A stretch of 34,243 nt of DNA, from positions 1-34,243 of the IMG/VR virus record IMGVR_UViG_3300030493_000010, one strand, 5' to 3'. This document shows, in pieces, positions 1 to 7,853 of the stretch (position 1 is the first letter of the stretch; each line of letters opens with the position of its first letter). Below the pieces are notes generated by a model that saw nothing but the letters and a program-made list of their open reading frames with translations, had not been told where the DNA came from and searched no databases. This DNA comes from a virus. Its lineage: Duplodnaviria > Caudoviricetes. The translations under genes were made by a program, and so were the position numbers.

Positions 1-127
1 GAAGCATTACATTTGGTGGACTTGACAACGTCAATTTTGATGGCGCAATTCTAATGAACGTTGGAGATCCAACACTAGGTCATCACGCTGCAAACAAAGC
101 TTATGTGGATGCTCAAGTCATGGCAGG
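1..127. repeat. Terminal direct repeat (assembly overlap), identical to 34117-34243
   Basis: gaagcattac...tcatggcagg occurs at both ends. 127 nt matches a common assembler k-mer, and an ORF reads in frame across the join. Confidence 0.97.
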
Positions 128-821
128 TATGCGTCCGGTTGCAGCAGTCAAATGCGCAACTACAATTAACATTACTCGATCTGGTTTAACCACTCATGAT
201 GGATACACCTTGGTTGCTGGCGATCGTATTCTAGTTTGGAAACAAACCAACGTATCTGAAAATGGTATCTATGTTGCTGCATCTGGTGCATGGACACGGG
301 TTGATGCTGATTCATCTAAAGGTGCATATGTATTCGTCGAAAACGGCGCTACATATAACGACTGGTACTTCCATGCTTCAACAGATACAACTTGGATTGA
401 CCAAGGTAGACCAGATACAGTTAAGGCACAAGCTGGTGGTGGATTGACTAGAACCGGTAATGAATTCTTAATTAGTGCCAGCGGAGTTACAAACGCTATG
501 CTCGCAGGTTCAATCGCATGGTCCAAATTTGCGGATACCGCAGCTGCAGATAACGCAAATACATCATATGACACATGGCCAGAATTGACTGCAGCAACAA
601 CTGCTAAATCACTTACAGCACATCTATCAATGATTATGGCTGCTATTGGATTATTACGCGGAACTGCAAACTATAACACTAACAATACTCAAACCATTGC
701 AGGTGCTTATGTAATTGCAAACGCAAAAAATAAGACTGAGATTGGTGCTTCAGTACCAACAGCAAACCCAGCAACACATGGCGCTGGTGACGTATTCCTA
801 AAGACGCTATCAGTTTCATAA
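1..821 (+). CDS. Tail fibre protein 1, C-terminal part (gene starts at 33738 and crosses the origin; ~399 aa)
   Basis: In frame with ATG 33738. Contains fibre-type motifs DPT..HAANKAYVD and DGYTLVAGDRILV..Q...ENGIY..ASGAWTR. Confidence 0.85.
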   Translation, partial: SITFGGLDNVNFDGAILMNVGDPTLGHHAANKAYVDAQVMAGMRPVAAVKCATTINITRSGLTTHDGYTLVAGDRILVWKQTNVSENGIYVAASGAWTRVDADSSKGAYVFVENGATYNDWYFHASTDTTWIDQGRPDTVKAQAGGGLTRTGNEFLISASGVTNAMLAGSIAWSKFADTAAADNANTSYDTWPELTAATTAKSLTAHLSMIMAAIGLLRGTANYNTNNTQTIAGAYVIANAKNKTEIGASVPTANPATHGAGDVFLKTLSVS

Positions 822-834
822 TAGGAGGTAGTTT

Positions 835-2958
835 ATGGCTACAATTAAATCCGAGTATTACCGCTTCAATGGGGTAAGCTGGGACATTCACTACTTCAAA
901 ACGACCATGGATATGGTTGAAGGCGCGAAAGATTATATTGCTTCAAGAGGGCAAAATCTTTTAACAAACGGTTCTGCATTACTTGGTAATAATACAAACT
1001 TTAGCACGTTCACTTATGATGGTTCGGAGGCTTACTATAGTGGAGGATCATTCCGATATAAACGACCAGATAATGGTGGTGAAACTACCTTCACAGATGA
1101 ATTCATGCCAGTAAACCCTGAATTACGTTACAAATTGGAGTTTTTTGCAAGAACTCTAGGAGCTTCCGGGAGATACTATGCGATGATTGGTTGCTATGAT
1201 GTTGATAATCTACCAATAAATGCTTCGCATCACATGTATCGGGCAAATACTTTAACTACATTAGCACAAGAATTAAAACCTGGCGATACTGTAGCTTATT
1301 TAACAAGTGCAGCAAACTGGGATAACACTGGGACTGCCGGGACAAATACTCATCTTAGATCATTCATATTTTGGAATTACTATAACTCTAAAGGATATTT
1401 ATATCCAGAACTGACTTATTCAAGAAACTGGTATGGAAATGCATGGGATCCAGGAGCGATCAACTTTACAAATAACACTGTTACATTGAGAGTTCCATGG
1501 TCTGGTCCAACCATACCTGCAGGTACAAAAGTAAGTAATGGGTCAAGTGGTGGAACATACAAATATTTGGCACTAAACAATACTTACATTCCAATTACAT
1601 GGACTTATTATTCTGGTATTATGAGCGGTGTCGATTTATCAGGAACCAACGCAAACTTCAAGTTTCCTCCAGGGACGGCGAAAGCAAAAGTAGGTTGGCT
1701 AATGAATTATCAAGGCACAGGTGAAACTGCATGGTTTGCGAACTTATCATTCGGTATTGATTATACAATCATTAACAGACCAGTTGCAGGTGATTGGTTT
1801 GGTGATAAAACACCAGTTATCGGAACTGACGGTGTAATGGAAATCGGGAAGTACATTGATTTTCATAATGCTGATACAGACACCGAAGACTATCTAGTAC
1901 GGGTATCCGGTGTAAATAATAGAACGTTTGAAATCTACAATCCAAATGGATATGTAAGGATTGGTCCTGAAAATACATCGTTCGCTCATTTTCAAACAGA
2001 TAGACCTACATTTTACTTTGGTAAAAGAATTCAGGTCGATGGGAATTTAGGTTTATATCAAGGCGGAAATCCAACAACCTTTATGGAATCATCTACTGGC
2101 TTTATTAAAGAACTTGGACAACGTGTCTACTCACCAAACAATAAGCCATCCCTATCAGACTTAGGCGCACTCACAGACACAAACCAAAGGCTACTGTTTG
2201 GAAGTGCTACCCAATACATCCGACTTGCCTATGCCGGTAACACCCAAGCATTCATCAAACACGGTGCCGGTGCGACTGAAGAAGAATTATGGCACTCTGG
2301 CAACTTCAACCCTAGCGATTACATGCCGAAATCCGGTGGAACATTTACCGGAACAGTAGCCTTCACTGGACTAACAAGCTTCGATACGCTAGACATCAAT
2401 ACGATGTATGTGGATACAATTTCATCCGATGGTGGTTCGATTAGCTTTGGCGGTGTTGATAACATCAACTTTGGATATATTGACCTCGTTGGAATTAGAG
2501 GACTGTATAGCGAAACTGATGCGTTTCAATTAAGTGATGAAGGTATTCCTACCCTTCGATGTGGAATTGCTGGTGATGGAGGATTCGAAGTTACTGGTAA
2601 CATATCAGCGACTCTTGACATCTACACAAGAGGTAAAAAAGTAGCAACTGAAGGTCCTACTGCAGCCAAAACAGCAAACTACACATTCGTATTAGGGGAT
2701 GCTGATGGATTCATCTATTCTAACTCAGCATCAGCCCTCACGTTTACGATTCCTCTAAACTCTTCCGTGGCTTATCCAACGGGAACAGAAATTCACATTA
2801 TGCGTTATGGTACAGGTGAAATTAGTATCTCTCCCACATCCGGCGTGACATTAGTAAGTGAAGGATCCAAACGAAGAATTAATGCACAATATCAAGCTGC
2901 TTCTTTAAAAAAACTCGACACTAACACATGGGTTTTGATTGGGGCGTTGAAAACATGA
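835..2958 (+). CDS. Tail fibre / receptor-binding protein 2 (707 aa)
   Basis: SD aggagg. Carbohydrate-binding-like beta-sandwich region after QNLLTNGS, GVMEIGKYIDFH motif, VYSPNNKPS and LWHSGNFNP fibre motifs, C-terminal TWVLIGAL domain. Confidence 0.85.
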   Translation: MATIKSEYYRFNGVSWDIHYFKTTMDMVEGAKDYIASRGQNLLTNGSALLGNNTNFSTFTYDGSEAYYSGGSFRYKRPDNGGETTFTDEFMPVNPELRYKLEFFARTLGASGRYYAMIGCYDVDNLPINASHHMYRANTLTTLAQELKPGDTVAYLTSAANWDNTGTAGTNTHLRSFIFWNYYNSKGYLYPELTYSRNWYGNAWDPGAINFTNNTVTLRVPWSGPTIPAGTKVSNGSSGGTYKYLALNNTYIPITWTYYSGIMSGVDLSGTNANFKFPPGTAKAKVGWLMNYQGTGETAWFANLSFGIDYTIINRPVAGDWFGDKTPVIGTDGVMEIGKYIDFHNADTDTEDYLVRVSGVNNRTFEIYNPNGYVRIGPENTSFAHFQTDRPTFYFGKRIQVDGNLGLYQGGNPTTFMESSTGFIKELGQRVYSPNNKPSLSDLGALTDTNQRLLFGSATQYIRLAYAGNTQAFIKHGAGATEEELWHSGNFNPSDYMPKSGGTFTGTVAFTGLTSFDTLDINTMYVDTISSDGGSISFGGVDNINFGYIDLVGIRGLYSETDAFQLSDEGIPTLRCGIAGDGGFEVTGNISATLDIYTRGKKVATEGPTAAKTANYTFVLGDADGFIYSNSASALTFTIPLNSSVAYPTGTEIHIMRYGTGEISISPTSGVTLVSEGSKRRINAQYQAASLKKLDTNTWVLIGALKT

Positions 2959-3206
2959 TTATTGGCATCATTGCTAGTCAGATTACTTCAGCTCCAACAC
3001 CCATTTGGGAGGTCACAACTGGACCCTCATATAACCAAAGCGTATCGCTATTTTCAGAAACAACGAATGAGGCAACAATCACATCATTATTAACAACTAA
3101 TTATCCACCAGGGAACTATGCGGTTGGTTATGTGATGCGTGCACAGATTTACAACAGTGAAATGACCTTAATTGGTACTGCGTATCGAATTAGGTCAAGT
3201 GCTTAG
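2955..3206 (+). CDS. Small putative fibre-tip/adhesin protein (83 aa)
   Basis: ATGA overlap with the fibre 2 stop; N-terminus MIIGIIASQ; position directly after the fibre. Confidence 0.55.
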   Translation: MIIGIIASQITSAPTPIWEVTTGPSYNQSVSLFSETTNEATITSLLTTNYPPGNYAVGYVMRAQIYNSEMTLIGTAYRIRSSA

Positions 3207-3216
3207 GAGGGATGCC

Positions 3217-3555
3217 ATGGAACAGGCACAGAATTTCGTTTTAAGAAGATTTGCTTACAGGGTAGGTGATTTCCTACCAAGACCACTGAAGATTGTTTAT
3301 TACATCGTTCTGTGGGCAACTCTACTGTATGTACTCTTCAGAATCATTGAATGGACACTTGTCAAAATTCAAGTGATAGGTTCATTCATTTTTGAGAAGA
3401 GAAACTACTGGACATCGGTATGGGTATTATTCATACTGGCAGTCGGTAGCATTCTCATTGCACAATTTTGGTACGGACTCGATCCATTTGGTAATGCATA
3501 CCGGTGGCTCATAGACTCACTGAAAGGTTTGGTACCAGTAAATGCGGTTCATTAA
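3217..3555 (+). CDS. Membrane protein with 2 predicted TM helices; holin-like position
   Basis: SD aggagg before ATG 3217; hydrophobic stretches IVYYIVLWATLLYVLF and VWVLFILAVGSILIAQFW. Confidence 0.65.
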   Translation: MEQAQNFVLRRFAYRVGDFLPRPLKIVYYIVLWATLLYVLFRIIEWTLVKIQVIGSFIFEKRNYWTSVWVLFILAVGSILIAQFWYGLDPFGNAYRWLIDSLKGLVPVNAVH

Positions 3556-4348
3556 ATTAGTAAAGGAATTCGCGTATTTCATTAGTGGATTTGCACTTCA
3601 AGGGGTTGCAACACTCCTTGGCCAACTGAACGATTCATGGATTAATGTCCAAACATTATTGTTCGTTCAAATCTTGTTTTATGGATTATCATCTCTCCTG
3701 GTATTAATAGGGATCATTCAAGTAATCTTGAGAAGTCGCCATCGACATAAAAGAAAAAAGAATCTCATTAATCAAGCTGTAGACGCACAAAAAGCAAAGA
3801 GCACATTAGAACTGGTTCAAAACCCATCGAAGAAGGGTGAATTATTCGTGCTAGCCTATCATTTATTTCTAGAAGGAGGAAGACAAATGAAAGCAAAATT
3901 CGCATCACTCGGCATTGTTCAGATTGTATCTCTCATTGCCACATTGTTGTTATTGGGTTTAGGTGTTGCTTCGGCATTCTATCCTGAACTATCTGTAGTG
4001 GCTGATAACATCTACCTACTAATGGTATTTGCTGGTGTATCAGCAACTCCTGGTATCTTTGCCCACGGTAAGGATCTAGGTGAACAGTTTAGAAATGCTG
4101 TTGAACGAATGAACTCTATTAAAAAATTAAATGCACAGATTAAAGTAACAAAAAAAGAACTCGATAAGCTCGACTCCGAGTATGCGTTCTTGAAGCCGGC
4201 ATTAGAACGACTAAATAAATTCAAAGTTCCATTGACTCCGGATGTTCAAATCAAGTATGATACATATCAAGCACAACGTCATATTTTTACTGACCTAATT
4301 AAGTCATATGAAGATGAGATTGTTAAACTTCAAGAGGTACCAAAATAA
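3542..4348 (+). CDS. Multi-TM membrane protein with C-terminal coiled coil; candidate lysis protein with internal start at 3887
   Basis: About 4 hydrophobic segments, basic RSRHRHKRKK linker, heptad-like C-terminus; AAGGAGG at 3873-3879 precedes in-frame ATG 3887. Confidence 0.6.
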   Translation: MRFIKLVKEFAYFISGFALQGVATLLGQLNDSWINVQTLLFVQILFYGLSSLLVLIGIIQVILRSRHRHKRKKNLINQAVDAQKAKSTLELVQNPSKKGELFVLAYHLFLEGGRQMKAKFASLGIVQIVSLIATLLLLGLGVASAFYPELSVVADNIYLLMVFAGVSATPGIFAHGKDLGEQFRNAVERMNSIKKLNAQIKVTKKELDKLDSEYAFLKPALERLNKFKVPLTPDVQIKYDTYQAQRHIFTDLIKSYEDEIVKLQEVPK

Positions 4349-4881
4349 TGAGAGTCTACGGAAACATTAAAACTGAATCCGAACTCAAAAATCTTCAAGC
4401 GTCAGCACCGACTGGGGTAACTGCAGTCGGTGTTACCGATGGCGGTAATCTCTTTATCATGGGTAAAGGCGGAAGTGCATCACCCATTACTCCTAACGTT
4501 GCCAAAGATATTCTTCAACTCACGCCAGAAGAAATTGGATTACTAATCTCAAGTAGAGGTAAATGCCAATTTGCTGAGCCTGTGGTTGAGGAACCATCAC
4601 TGGATGCTATGATTGAGAGCATGCCGCCAATCGAAGTACATGATGCTCCTGTTCCGGATCCTGCAGTGATGATTACCAAAGCTGAAGAAGTGGTTGTTAC
4701 TGTTGACGAACCTGAACCAGTCATCGAAGAGCCAGTGTTTGAAGAATTCAAGATCGATGAACCTGAAGAAGATGAGGACGAAGACTTCATCACCATTTCT
4801 AAAGAAGAATACGATATCTTGATTGAAAAATCGACTTCGTATGATGCAATCAAAGAATTAATCATCGACTCGAAATACTAA
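4348..4881 (+). CDS. Hypothetical highly acidic E/P-rich protein, last late gene
   Basis: TAATG coupling to the previous gene; DEPEPVIEEP..EEDEDED; followed by a terminator. Confidence 0.75.
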   Translation: MRVYGNIKTESELKNLQASAPTGVTAVGVTDGGNLFIMGKGGSASPITPNVAKDILQLTPEEIGLLISSRGKCQFAEPVVEEPSLDAMIESMPPIEVHDAPVPDPAVMITKAEEVVVTVDEPEPVIEEPVFEEFKIDEPEEDEDEDFITISKEEYDILIEKSTSYDAIKELIIDSKY

Positions 4882-4886
4882 TATAC

Positions 4887-4918
4887 AAGCCATGGTGTAA
4901 AAAACTATGGCTTTTTTT
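4887..4918 (+). terminator. Rho-independent terminator ending the late operon
   Basis: Stem agccatggt / actatggct (one G-U pair) followed by a T-run. Confidence 0.85.
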
Positions 4919-4938
4919 ATGTATTATTCACATTTTTG

Positions 4939-4968
4939 TTGAAAATGGTAAAATTATGATATTATACT
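4939..4968 (+). promoter_or_regulatory. Putative sigma70/sigmaA promoter for the moron and early region
   Basis: TTGAAA (4939-4944), 18 nt spacer, TATACT (4963-4968); alternative extended TGnTATTAT; SD gaggtg follows. Confidence 0.55.
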
Positions 4969-4986
4969 TAATGAGGTGGGATATAT

Positions 4987-5307
4987 ATGAAAGAAATCAA
5001 TGGAAAAATAGTTTTTATCGAAAACGAAACTCCGAAGTTTACAAATGGGTCATTCGGTCAAGTTAATGAAAAAGGCGATTTTATTATGCATTTTTTCCAT
5101 GAGTATCCTGATAACCCAGATTCTTTTAAATTAGTCTTTGATGATAATGGTGCAGTGACTCAATCATTCGAGGAACAAGTACCATCTAAACGAGTTCATA
5201 CATCATTAGTCATGAACGTAGAAACGGCTAAGTCAATTGCCGATTGGATTAATCGAAATGTTGAGTTCTATAAAGACTTAATTGAAAATAAAAAAACACA
5301 ACAATAG
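4987..5307 (+). CDS. DUF3467-like small protein (moron gene 1)
   Basis: Pattern FTNGSFGQV..KGDFIMHFF.E ... SLVMNVETAKSIADWI resembles DUF3467-like proteins by eye; AT-rich. Confidence 0.55.
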   Translation: MKEINGKIVFIENETPKFTNGSFGQVNEKGDFIMHFFHEYPDNPDSFKLVFDDNGAVTQSFEEQVPSKRVHTSLVMNVETAKSIADWINRNVEFYKDLIENKKTQQ

Positions 5308-5316
5308 GAGGTATCT

Positions 5317-5799
5317 ATGGACAATACATTTACGGGTACTGTACCAAATAACTATGAATTTTATTACAATAAATACGATAGTAATAGTAGGGCTACAGAC
5401 ATTAATGATAAATCATTTTGTCTATTAGTTAATGAAGTATCCAATATTGAAATTCAGAGTGATGATTTGCTTTTCATTAGTTCGAGTAATTTACAGTATA
5501 AAACATTGATTTTACGTAAATTTAAATATGAGGGAAGAACCTTTGTTTTGGATCAATCTGCATTCAAATTTCAAATTCAAATTAAAGACGAATTTATTTT
5601 CACAGATAATGACAGTTTAAATATTTATTCTTACGGCGATAGTTTTAAAGAATTCTTATCATCTTTAATAAGGGATATTGTTTTCTTATACGATCATTTC
5701 GCTTGTTCTGATGATAATAAATTGGCAAAAGACGCTATCCGCCTAAAACAAACATTACGTAGAAATATGAGGGTTGTTAGCGATGTCATTTCAAAGTAA
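5317..5799 (+). CDS. HicB-like putative antitoxin (moron gene 2)
   Basis: SD aggagg; C-terminal LNIYSYGDSFKEFL..L..DI.FLYD.FA..DDNKL.KDAI.LK resembles the HicB partial RNase H fold; precedes a HicA-like start. Confidence 0.55.
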   Translation: MDNTFTGTVPNNYEFYYNKYDSNSRATDINDKSFCLLVNEVSNIEIQSDDLLFISSSNLQYKTLILRKFKYEGRTFVLDQSAFKFQIQIKDEFIFTDNDSLNIYSYGDSFKEFLSSLIRDIVFLYDHFACSDDNKLAKDAIRLKQTLRRNMRVVSDVISK

Positions 5800-5911
5800 T
5801 GAAGTAGCTAGTGTACTTGAGAATAAAGGTTTCTTCAAGTTTCTAGATGAGATCGTTGAAATTATCGATGAGGAAGAAAAGACGCAACACCAATCAAAAC
5901 TAAAAAACTAG
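5783..5911 (+). pseudogene. Truncated/chimeric HicA-like toxin ORF (42 aa)
   Basis: Translates MSFQSNEVASVLENKGF|FKFLDEIVEIIDEEEKTQHQSKLKN*. The first 17 aa resemble HicA helix 1 ending in xGF; the His-bearing strand is absent. Overlaps the antitoxin-like gene. Confidence 0.5.
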
Positions 5912-5946
5912 CGTTTGGAAGTCGCTAAGAAAAGGATGGTACACAT

Positions 5947-6306
5947 ATGAATAAACAAGAAAAAGATATTTTAACAACCCAAATCACGGAGACTATTGCG
6001 TCATGCAGAAAACGTCAATTTGAGGTTGTTTTATTTTACAAACTTTTAGCCAGTAACCGTATCTCGGAAGCAGCTAAAAAAGGTGAAATTGATTCCATTA
6101 TCGAAGGAACAAGAAATAGATTGCTAGCCTTGGGTATCTTACCGAAAATGGTTGAATCACTTGACCTAAGCATTGACGAGTCCGAAGTAGACAATTATAA
6201 ACTTTGGAGAATCAAAAACAATTTGAAAGAAGATACGCTCGGTTCAATCACAGCATATTTAAACCAAACATATCCAGGGAAGCCAGACTTCGAGGTGAAA
6301 GCATGA
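5947..6306 (+). CDS. Hypothetical early protein
   Basis: SD aaggatgg; 119 aa ORF with ATGA overlap to the next gene. Confidence 0.75.
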   Translation: MNKQEKDILTTQITETIASCRKRQFEVVLFYKLLASNRISEAAKKGEIDSIIEGTRNRLLALGILPKMVESLDLSIDESEVDNYKLWRIKNNLKEDTLGSITAYLNQTYPGKPDFEVKA

Positions 6307-6743
6307 GTAAGTTAAAAGTTATCCGAAAAGATTTAAGACTAACACAATCCGAGATGGCGAACAAGCTTGGAACTAACACAATGATCGTATCCCTCATGGA
6401 AAACGATGAAGTACTACCAGTACCAGTAATGCTCAAACAAATTGAGAATGTCACCGGTGCAAAACGTTTATGGATTTGGGAAAAGGAAGAGTTGCAGCTC
6501 GTACCAAAAAATACACGCTTCTCTGTTCCTGCAGACTATCCGTTCTATCACCTTCACTGCAAACTACCAAGGGCTTACAAAACGCTCCTATCACCCGAGA
6601 ATTTGAAGGCTAAAGGGTTCACTGACATTAATCACTGGTTAGTGAATCAACTCAGAGAATTTGCAAAAGAATTAGGTTACATCGATCAGTACTTTAAAAC
6701 CACTGAAGACACAAAAAGAAAGCGCGTGAAGAACCATGATTGA
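6303..6743 (+). CDS. XRE-family HTH (Cro-like) regulator
   Basis: SD gaggtg; LKVIRKDLRLTQSEMANKLG...VSLMEN motif. Confidence 0.85.
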   Translation: MSKLKVIRKDLRLTQSEMANKLGTNTMIVSLMENDEVLPVPVMLKQIENVTGAKRLWIWEKEELQLVPKNTRFSVPADYPFYHLHCKLPRAYKTLLSPENLKAKGFTDINHWLVNQLREFAKELGYIDQYFKTTEDTKRKRVKNHD

Positions 6744-7092
6744 ACAAGAAAAGAAACATGAATCATCACTAGTCCTTAAACGTAAGGAGTTTTACAAAAA
6801 TAAAAAAGTCGAAGTCCTAGCACAATTAAAACTATTTTTAGAAGGTGTCATGGGCATATATAACTATGATTTCGTGATTGAAGTTGACGAAGAATCCGGT
6901 TGGTCCATAAGAGAAAACCTAGTCATTGAAGGAATCAAAATAGGATGCCGTGGTAATAGTAATTCAGCAATAATGAATGAAGCTATAGGCTATGTAATTC
7001 TGAAATATTGGATGAAGGACCGCAACTTTCAAGATAAACCATTGGAAAAAGAAATTAAACGATATTGGGTAAAGGAGACGACACTAAAATGA
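6736..7092 (+). CDS. Hypothetical protein
   Basis: 118 aa ORF overlapping both neighbours. Confidence 0.7.
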   Translation: MIEQEKKHESSLVLKRKEFYKNKKVEVLAQLKLFLEGVMGIYNYDFVIEVDEESGWSIRENLVIEGIKIGCRGNSNSAIMNEAIGYVILKYWMKDRNFQDKPLEKEIKRYWVKETTLK

Positions 7093-7379
7093 AAAGTCTC
7101 GGAGTATCAAGTAATACAGATGGTTATGTAACTAAGAGTGAAAATAATCAAGACGTGATTGTATTGAAAACTAACTCGGAAGTAGTTATTGAAGTCGTAG
7201 ATGAACCAACTTTAATTGATGCCGGTGTAACACCTGGTATGCATGGGGTCGTTAAAGGGTTCGATGTTCTCACGATAGATTCAGAAGAATTTGTTTTGAT
7301 TTTGGTTGATTTACCAATCAAGAATAAACGCACCAAATATTACTTTAGGCCTGAACAATTAAAGGTAACTAGACTATGA
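7089..7379 (+). CDS. Hypothetical protein, possibly SH3-like beta barrel
   Basis: SD aaggag, ATGA overlap; GMHGVV..LVD..YYFRPEQL pattern. Confidence 0.65.
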   Translation: MKSLGVSSNTDGYVTKSENNQDVIVLKTNSEVVIEVVDEPTLIDAGVTPGMHGVVKGFDVLTIDSEEFVLILVDLPIKNKRTKYYFRPEQLKVTRL

Positions 7380-7471
7380 GTATCTTTACATTATCGATCA
7401 TCAATATCGTTCTACTAGTCATTCTAGTAGTTGTGGGAGTTATTAATCATGCAAAACGAAAAGCCTTGTAA
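7376..7471 (+). CDS. Small single-TM peptide (31 aa), not in the ORF track
   Basis: MSIFTLSIINIVLLVILVVVGVINHAKRKAL*; ATGA overlap, SD aaggt; fills the gap between genes. Confidence 0.6.
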   Translation: MSIFTLSIINIVLLVILVVVGVINHAKRKAL

Positions 7472-7853
7472 ACCTCAAAATATACGCAATAAAAAAGGTG
7501 AAGTTTGGAAGTTTGTCGGCGATAAACACCTACTGAGTAATTACGGCAGATGGTACTCCATTCTTAGAACAAGAATTATGAAACAAGCACCTAACAACTG
7601 GGGTTATATGCGCGTCAAGATTAATAAGAAGCATGTATTCACCCATATTGCAGTTGTCAAACACTTTGGTGATGTAAACGGCAAAGACCTAACAAACATC
7701 AACAGTCTCAATGAACATGGACTGTCTATCGATCATATTAATCGAAACAAGAGAAACAACGCTGTATCAAATCTAGAAATCGTATCTCACATAGAAAATT
7801 GCAATCGAAAATTCAGACCCAAGGAGACGCTAAATGAACAAGCTCAATTTTAA
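7449..7853 (+). CDS. NUMOD4/HNH_3-type homing endonuclease
   Basis: EVWK..LSNYGR, GYMRV, IDHINRNKRNNAVSNLE...EN motifs. Confidence 0.85.
   Translation: MQNEKPCKPQNIRNKKGEVWKFVGDKHLLSNYGRWYSILRTRIMKQAPNNWGYMRVKINKKHVFTHIAVVKHFGDVNGKDLTNINSLNEHGLSIDHINRNKRNNAVSNLEIVSHIENCNRKFRPKETLNEQAQF

Noticed and set aside
1-127. 127-bp terminal repeat as a biological DTR
   Set aside because: It lies mid-gene, its length equals a common assembler k-mer, and the packaging genes are cos-type; it is an assembly overlap.
54-821. 255-aa ORF as a standalone gene
   Set aside because: It is the 3' part of the gene starting at 33738, cut by linearisation.
835-3206. Diversity-generating retroelement or invertible cassette acting on the fibres
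   Set aside because: No reverse transcriptase, no near-identical TR/VR pair with adenine-specific differences, and no inverted fibre cassettes seen.
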